A stretch of 64,000 nt of DNA from Octopus vulgaris (lineage: Eukaryota): the NCBI GenBank assembly GCA_951406725.2, contig OX597830.1:71858001-71922000 (forward strand). The letters are read 5' to 3'. The translations under genes and the position numbers were made by a program. Below, piece by piece: positions 57,291-64,000 of this stretch. The notes under the pieces were generated by a model. It made no database searches, was not told where the DNA came from, and saw nothing but the letters and a program-made list of their open reading frames with translations. Numbering within the stretch: position 1 is the first letter of the stretch; each line of letters opens with the position of its first letter.

Positions 57291-57651
57291 GTACCTATGT
57301 GAACATTAGCAGCTACATTCGTAAGCTAAAGATTCTAGATACAAAATGTTGATTGCTCAATTAATAATCTCATTTCAAAATGTTTTCTACTATTGAGAAT
57401 TCAGTTGTTCAGTTGCATACTTACAAGTAATTTTTTGACACCGAGCAATTGTTATTTGAAGGGCAGGAGTCAAAAAGAAATTCATTGAGTTTGCACCAAG
57501 GAATAGAGCTTTGTTGATCACCCTGTTGAAATTAAGAGCTCAATCTACCTAATTCGTTTTAAAAATGAAATGTAGATTACAGTACGCCATATTTCTTAAT
57601 AGAATCCCCACCTCCACCCCAAGTAAATATAGCTTAATATCAAATATTCTG

Positions 57652-57946
57652 TGGAGGCATAATGGCCCAGTGGTTAGGGCAGCGAACTCGCGGTTTCGAT
57701 TCCCAGACCGGGCATTGTGAGTGTTTATTGAGCGAAAACACCTAAAGCTCCACGAGGCTCCGGCATGGGGCGGTAGCGATCCCTGCTGTACTCTTTCGCC
57801 ACAACTTTCTCTCACACCTTCTTCTGTTGGCCTGCTCGCCTAGCCAGCGGGGTGGCGTCATTTGAAGGCTAAAACAATGCGAAGCGCATTGTGACCAACG
57901 ATTTGTAGCAACATCTGATAGCCTGGTCCGTCATGTTGACGGTGAT
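57652..57946 (+). mobile_element. SINE group C (tail c)
   Basis: Same head as 10054; tail GGGGTGGCGTCATTTGAAGGCTAAAACAATGCG. Confidence 0.85.
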
Positions 57947-58239
57947 TAAATGTTCTATCTGATACTCTACATATTGTGCTATCCATCTTTAAGAAAATGG
58001 AAAACAAAACATAAAACAACGGTAATAACACGAGCGAACACGAGAACTTCAACTTCTAAGTGGTCAGGCAATCCGTTAGAAATGTCATCTACGTCTTCTC
58101 CAAATAACAGTCTACCATCTTAAAATAGAAAGAAAACTGAAGAAAACGTTGTCCTGTATACAGAAAACAAAAGGATGGAGACAGCTAGAACGCTTTTGAT
58201 CTTATTTCTCTCAGTTCAGCGCTAACTTGGGCGTTAAAC

Positions 58240-58483
58240 AGTAATGTCAGGGAAGATTAAATCAGTAATATCGCAAGAAAAGCGAGTCTCTACATGGTTC
58301 ATCGAACTACAAGAAATAGCAGCTAGATGCTTCTTAGGTTTTTTTTTTGTGAACTGCTGTAAAAATGTAAGAACATTCAAGGGGATTAGGTTATATCGTT
58401 CTAGGTGTGTCCCTACATGCACGTTATGGTCCCTACAGGAATACTTTGATCATAGATATGGTAGATCCCTCTTGGCGAATAAA
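58240..58483 (-). CDS. Candidate exon, APCDD1-like; in-frame stop at 58413-58415 or a frameshift
   Basis: Strong acceptor CTTGTTTTTACAG; phase 1 matches the 59961 donor, giving ...EAT-V-YSPRGIYHIYDQSIPVGT (compare IYARGRYSRGVLSSRVMGGT); second frame continues HLERYNLIPLN. Confidence 0.55.
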
Positions 58484-58741
58484 CTGTAAAAACAAGAGCC
58501 AAGATAGTAGCAACAACACTTAGACAAGCGCCACTATGACTAGCACCAAAACTACAAACAAGAACACATACACTACCAAGAGCACCAATTACAACAGCAG
58601 CAGTACCACTACCACTACGACTACCACCACCACCACCAACAACAACAACAATAACAACAACATCAAACACAACAACACAGCACTACCAGCACCATCACTC
58701 TCAATAGAATTAATGACGACGACTACAAAAACAGCAACAGT

Positions 58742-59120
58742 AGGAGGCGCAATGGCCTAGTGGTTAGGGCAGCGGACTCGCGGTCGAAGGATCGCGGTTT
58801 CGATTCCCAGATCGGGCGTTGTGTGTGTTTATTGAGAGAAAACACCTAAAGCTCCACGAGGCTCCGGCAGTGGGTGGTGTCGACCCCTGTTCTACTCTTT
58901 CGCCCCAACTTTCTCTCACTCTTTCTTCCTGTTTCTTGTCCCCGACTTCCTACGCAACCGCTGAGCCTGGATGCGCATTCATCCATCCGTCGATGCTCTC
59001 AGTGTCGGGGGTTGACCTGCTTTCTCTTCTGCGTGTCATACGAATAGTAAAGGACCACGTTTCGGACTTCTCCCACTACAGAGGCGCGATCTTGCGAGCT
59101 CTGGGACGAAGACCGCTTCG
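58742..59120 (+). mobile_element. SINE group C (tail d)
   Basis: Same tRNA-Arg-like head with an unrelated GC-rich tail ending before (CAG/CAA)n. Confidence 0.8.
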
Positions 59121-59960
59121 CTCAGCAGCAAGAGCAGCAACAGCAACAACCTTAACAACAATAACAAGAGCAAATAAACCACCAACAGTAATGACAAGAA
59201 CAGCAGTAGTAATTGCACAACAACAACAACTACAACTGCTGTAACAAAACTACTTATAGCTACAACATCAACAATAATAAATCCATAAATAAAAACTAAA
59301 AAAAAGCAGAAGCAGAAACGATAAGAAATACATAAATAGCAGCTAATAATATCAACAGCAACAACAACTATTGCAGAAACAGTAACAACAACAACTGCAA
59401 TTACGACAACAACAACGACTCAAAAGCAACAGCAGCAACAATATTAACAACTGGAACCCAACAAACCCAACAAACGACTACAGCAATGTACAAGAGTCGT
59501 GTTAAGATTCTCAACAACGCACTAAATGCCTTGAAATGATTTCCTGGGAATTTAAATTTTTTTCTTTTTTTTTTTTTTTTTGATTTAATTGGAATGTACA
59601 GAGTAATTTATAGTCTAAGCGTATCAGTTACCAGTTAAATTCAAACTAATCTATATCAAGAGAAAAAATTCATAAAGTGAGATAAAATAAATTATTTTGC
59701 TGCGAGAGAGGGGAGAAGAAAGAAACGGCAAAATAAGGGGTAAAAATACCTAAAACAGATTATTTCACCTAAGTTTACCGGACAGGTAGTGGCAGCCTCT
59801 GCTGAAAGGTCATTTATAATTGTTTCATATTTTGGCAGGAGGCCAATTATAATAATTTTTGTACTAATGATGGTTTGGTATTCAGGTACAAGGCCAGCAG
59901 CTATGAGGGGTAGGAGTTAGGAGATACTTTTCTTTTTTTTTTTTTTCAATGTTAACGTAC

Positions 59961-60222
59961 CGGTTGCCTCGGATATTCGGTAAAAAGTATCCTCGAAAGG
60001 AACGAATGAGAAATAGACGAGCCCCAGGGGGAGGTTGATGCCCTCGGTCCTACGCAACACTGGCTGGCAGGGCCGGGAGAGAAGGAAACGACTAGAGAAC
60101 GCCGAGACGTCCACGGGTGCGGAACTGAATTGGAAGGGTAGTTTGACCGACGCGTTGAAACACGTAGAATTCCATGAACCGATCGGATACTCATTGGTGA
60201 TAAGACCAGGATTGCAAGCAGA
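59961..60222 (-). CDS. Coding exon, probably extracellular APCDD1-like protein
   Basis: 262 nt, stop-free, bounded by TTTGGTAG| and |GTACGT; GC-rich island; SACNPG...IGSWNSTCF...FEDTFYRISEAT with a GxWxSxC motif and N-glycosylation sequons. Confidence 0.65.
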
Positions 60223-60482
60223 CTACCAAAGCAGACGTATGTATTTTAATAGAAGTTTGTAATTTAGGCTCAAGGCCAGCAGTTTTTAGGGAAAGGGATT
60301 CGTCGATAACATCGATCCAGTACTTGATTGGCACTTTATTTCATCGAACCATTGAAGGATGAAAGACAAGGTTGGACTCGGTAGATCTTCAAATCAGACT
60401 ATAAAAATCTCGAAGAAAATATGCAATGTTTATTTTCTGGCGCTATAAAGATTCTTTCAACTCGCTGAATTCCTTAAGCATG

Positions 60483-60716
60483 CCTATTTCTTTATTACCC
60501 ACAAGGGGATAAACATAGAGGAGTCAAACAAGGACAGACATAGGTATTATGTCGATTACATCGGCCCCAGTGCGTAACTGGTACTTAATTTATCGACCCC
60601 GAAAGGATGAAAGGCAAAGTCGACCTCGGCGGAATTTGAACTCACAACGTAACGGCAGACGAAGTACCGCAAAGCATTTCGCCCGGTGTGCTAACGCTTC
60701 TGCTAGCTCGCCGCCT
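60483..60716 (-). mobile_element. SINE group A, 13-bp TSD
   Basis: ATTCCTTAAGCAT at 60469-60481 and 60717-60729. Confidence 0.92.
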
Positions 60717-60737
60717 ATTCCTTAAGCATACCGTTAT

Positions 60738-61056
60738 GGAGGCACATGGACTAGTGGTTAGAGCAGCGAACTCGCGGTCGAAGGATCGCTGGTTCGAATC
60801 TCAGACCGAGCGGTGTGTGTGTATGTTTATGAGCGAAACACCTGAGCTCCACGCGGCTCCGGCAGAAGGTAATAGCGAACTTGTGCTGACTCGTTCGTCA
60901 CAACTTTCTCTCACTCTTTCCTCCTGCATCTTGCAGCTCACCTGCGACGGACCGGCGACCCGTCCCGGTGGGGAACCTATACGCCAAGGAAACCGGGAAA
61001 CCGGCCCTTATAAGACAGGCGTAGATCGAGAAGGAACAATCAACAAACAAACAAAC
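60738..61056 (+). mobile_element. SINE group C (tail b) with TSD
   Basis: TTAAG(C/T)ATACCGT on both sides. Confidence 0.88.
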
Positions 61057-61568
61057 ATTAAGTATACCGTCAAATGACAGCGATTTCAATTAAAGTAGAT
61101 AAAGGAAAAACAAAAACAAAAAAAAAAACAAAGAAACTACAATATTAAGCCCAACTGAGGTTTAGATATCCTCGATTTGAGGGTGAAATGTCAGAACCTC
61201 TATTCACGGGGTCATTGCGCCTCATTTACTCCGATCACTCCAGTAAAGACAAGCTGGTTAGCATGCAATACAAATATAACGTATTCAGCTGGCCATATAC
61301 TGACACACGTAAGGGAATCATTAATGACGAAATTTGGCGACAAAGTTTCTACTGTTGTATCGTGTTAGCTAGGATGTTGTGTCATGAAACATTCCATGTT
61401 AACTTAACTCAAATATCATTATGTGAGTAGTGTGTGGTACAATAATATATACATACATCGTACTAGTATACATACACAAATACATACATAATTGTAAAAC
61501 ACATACACACATATGTACATATGGGTATACGTATATACATATGGGTAATATATGCGTGCGTGAGTGTG

Positions 61569-61611
<43 letters not shown>

Positions 61612-61653
61612 GTATATGTGTGTGCCTACATCTATATGTATGCTTAGTATGTG

Positions 61654-61684
<31 letters not shown>

Positions 61685-61939
61685 TGTGTGCGTACATGTA
61701 TATAGATACAGATATACACTCTTAGACACGCGACCGGGCGCACACACACACACAAAACACAGACTTATGTAATTATATATATAGATGTAAGTATATACGA
61801 ATGTGTGTGGGTGGGTGTTCGGGCACACGCGTACTTATGTATGTGTCTGTCTTTCTGTCTCTCTGTGCGTATGTGCGTGTGTGCGAGTATGTGTGTAAGG
61901 TGTTTGTATGCTGTTGGAAAACAGATTCTGACGGCTCCA

Positions 61940-62420
61940 CTTAACGTCAGCTGAAATGCTCATGAACCCTGCCTTGGAGAACAACTAAAAGGCCAAGAAA
62001 ATTTCGTAATATAGTTGTCCAAGTTATCCCATAGCCACCTCCACACTTACTGTAGGGGCCATACAGTCAGAGTTGAACGATATTCTTTGGGCTGTTTCCA
62101 GATGTAAACTCACTCCGAAGTGGGAAAAATTGTGAATGGTAAAGATGATGTTACTCCATTGAGCAAGGACTATTTCTGGTAGTTTATAAAGCATTTGCCT
62201 CGCTTATCAATGATGGTGGAGGGCAAAGGAGGTTTAGCAACTGCAACCCCCATCCCACCCCATCATATCTAGCTTTCCGAAACACACAACAAGTAGTTTT
62301 GGACGACACAGTGTTGACTGTCTGGGGTTTTAGATCTGATCGCAGTTGTGTGGCATTTTGGAGAGATTTTTAAAACAATAGGTTTCAATATTCTGCGGTT
62401 AATGTTACAGATATTTGACT
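61940..62420 (-). mobile_element. Tc1 transposase relic
   Basis: AVAKPP...FTIFPTS..VYIWKQPKE..NSDCMAPTV..GGG matches Tc1 SFTLFPTSGRVYVWRxPKEAYxPxCLVPTVKHGGG; many stops. Confidence 0.75.
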
Positions 62421-62647
62421 TCAGTAACAGAATGCAATCAAGTTTTCCTCGATGAATCATTACAGGCAAGCATCCAATTGCTCCTTGAAGATCGAATGCG
62501 GCAGTGGCAAACAACCACAACTGTGAAACGTACGTAAGGAACCAATCAAATAAAATGGAGTTCATCAAAACTTCACATGCATACACACACACACACTCCT
62601 GCGAGTGCGCACACACATATGCATGCATGTATGTGTGCGTGTGTGTG

Positions 62648-62692
<45 letters not shown>

Positions 62693-62772
62693 TTCAAGGC
62701 AAGGTCAATTTTAATGCTTCGAAGTCCAAACAATGGTGAACTTGGCCGAAAATTCGAAATCACTGCCAGACA

Positions 62773-62844
<72 letters not shown>

Positions 62845-62846
<2 letters not shown>

Positions 62847-63268
62847 AGAGTGTTGTAGTTCGCTTGAAGCATTTTGTATTGTTTGTAAAGAATTAACATG
62901 TGTTGAATGGTACAACAGGGCACTATAATACAAACAATGGGCTATATACCTGTTGTAATTTAGTCACCCATAGTCTAATAATGTTTTGGAATAAAATTTC
63001 TTCTTCAGAGAGCACGTTTCTCAGATAGCTTGATCAGCTCCCTAGCAGTTGCGAACTCGGCCTGGCCCATGCGTAGAAATAGGAGAGTATTGTAGTTCGC
63101 TTGAAACATTGTTTGTATTATAGTGCATTGTTGTACCATTGAAAACATTTTATCGTTTACAAAGAATACACAATGCTTCAAGCGAACTACAATACTCTCC
63201 TATTTCTACGCTTGGGCCAGGCCGAGTTCGCAACCGCTAGGGAGTTGATCAACCTAACTGAGAAATGT
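62845..63268. repeat. Compound direct + inverted repeat between microsatellites (Penelope pLTR-like architecture)
   Basis: Order A-B-C-D-A-B'-A'-D'; 63013-63111 vs 63171-63268 reverse-complementary; 62845-62938 also matches 63107-63200 inverted. Confidence 0.85.
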
Positions 63269-63395
63269 GTGTGTATATATATATATATGTGTGTGTATGT
63301 GTGTATGTGTGTGTGTTTGTGTGTGTGTATATGTATATGCATATGTATGTGTGTATATATATATATATGCATGTATATGTATATAAATGTGGGTG

Positions 63396-63460
<65 letters not shown>

Positions 63461-64000
63461 GTATACATGTACGTATATACATATATATACACGCTTTCAT
63501 TCTTTAACAGGTTTCAGTACTAAGAGTGTGGCCATATTGGAGCAGCATGAATTTATGCATATGCATACACATATTAACTTATAATTATATGAATGTATAC
63601 ACACACACACGCACGCGCGCGCATTATATATAAGTGCATATTGGAATAAATGACACAGCATTGTAATAGAAAATGAGTGATTTATATTTTTTAAACTGCA
63701 TATAAGAATATACCATTGGGCAAATGTGTTAACGTTGTTCATCGTTCTTTCTTAAGATGACGATGATGAAGACGACGATGAAGACGATGATGATGACGAT
63801 GATGATGATGATGATTAAGATGATGATTAATATGATGATTATGATGATGATAATGATGACGATGACGACGACGACGATGATGATGATGATTATGGTGATG
63901 ATGACGACGACAATGATGATGATGATGACGATTTCATTTTCTTATAAGGAGAACAAATAAAAATGTCGATCTTAGCGGTAGGTCTTTATCTCACTGGCTT

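Noticed and set aside
60017-60236. Plus-strand ORF MPSVLRNTGW... as an exon
   Set aside because: No polypyrimidine acceptor; probably the antisense shadow of the minus-strand exon
62320-62350. GFRSDRSC resembling a LINE RT motif on the plus strand
   Set aside because: Flanks do not match RT; the region is explained by the minus-strand Tc1 relic

Overview
AT-rich, repeat-saturated eukaryotic DNA with the repeat profile of a coleoid cephalopod (most likely Octopus). It is dense in (TA)n/(CA)n/(TACA)n/(TAA)n/(GAT)n microsatellites and carries about 40 tRNA-derived SINE copies from three groups. Other mobile elements: one near-full-length frameshifted RTE LINE (29.0-31.7 kb), several R4/Dong-type LINE fragments in (TAA)n, Tc1/mariner relics, a TIR MITE carrying (CCCTAA)4 and a non-autonomous Helitron. 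Nearly all ORF-track entries are microsatellite artefacts. Three things are not explained by the ORF track. (1) At least six type-I hammerhead ribozyme motifs from about five unrelated short elements sit in or next to (TA)n tracts; they look Penelope pLTR/retrozyme-like and two have intact cores. (2) A series of 20-160 bp fold-back inverted duplications abuts (TA)n tracts. (3) Scattered minus-strand exon-like blocks, read in order, resemble APCDD1 domains and suggest two tandem, partly or fully degenerate APCDD1-like genes. Protein and family assignments are by eye and from memory; no database search was run, and most repeat boundaries are approximate.
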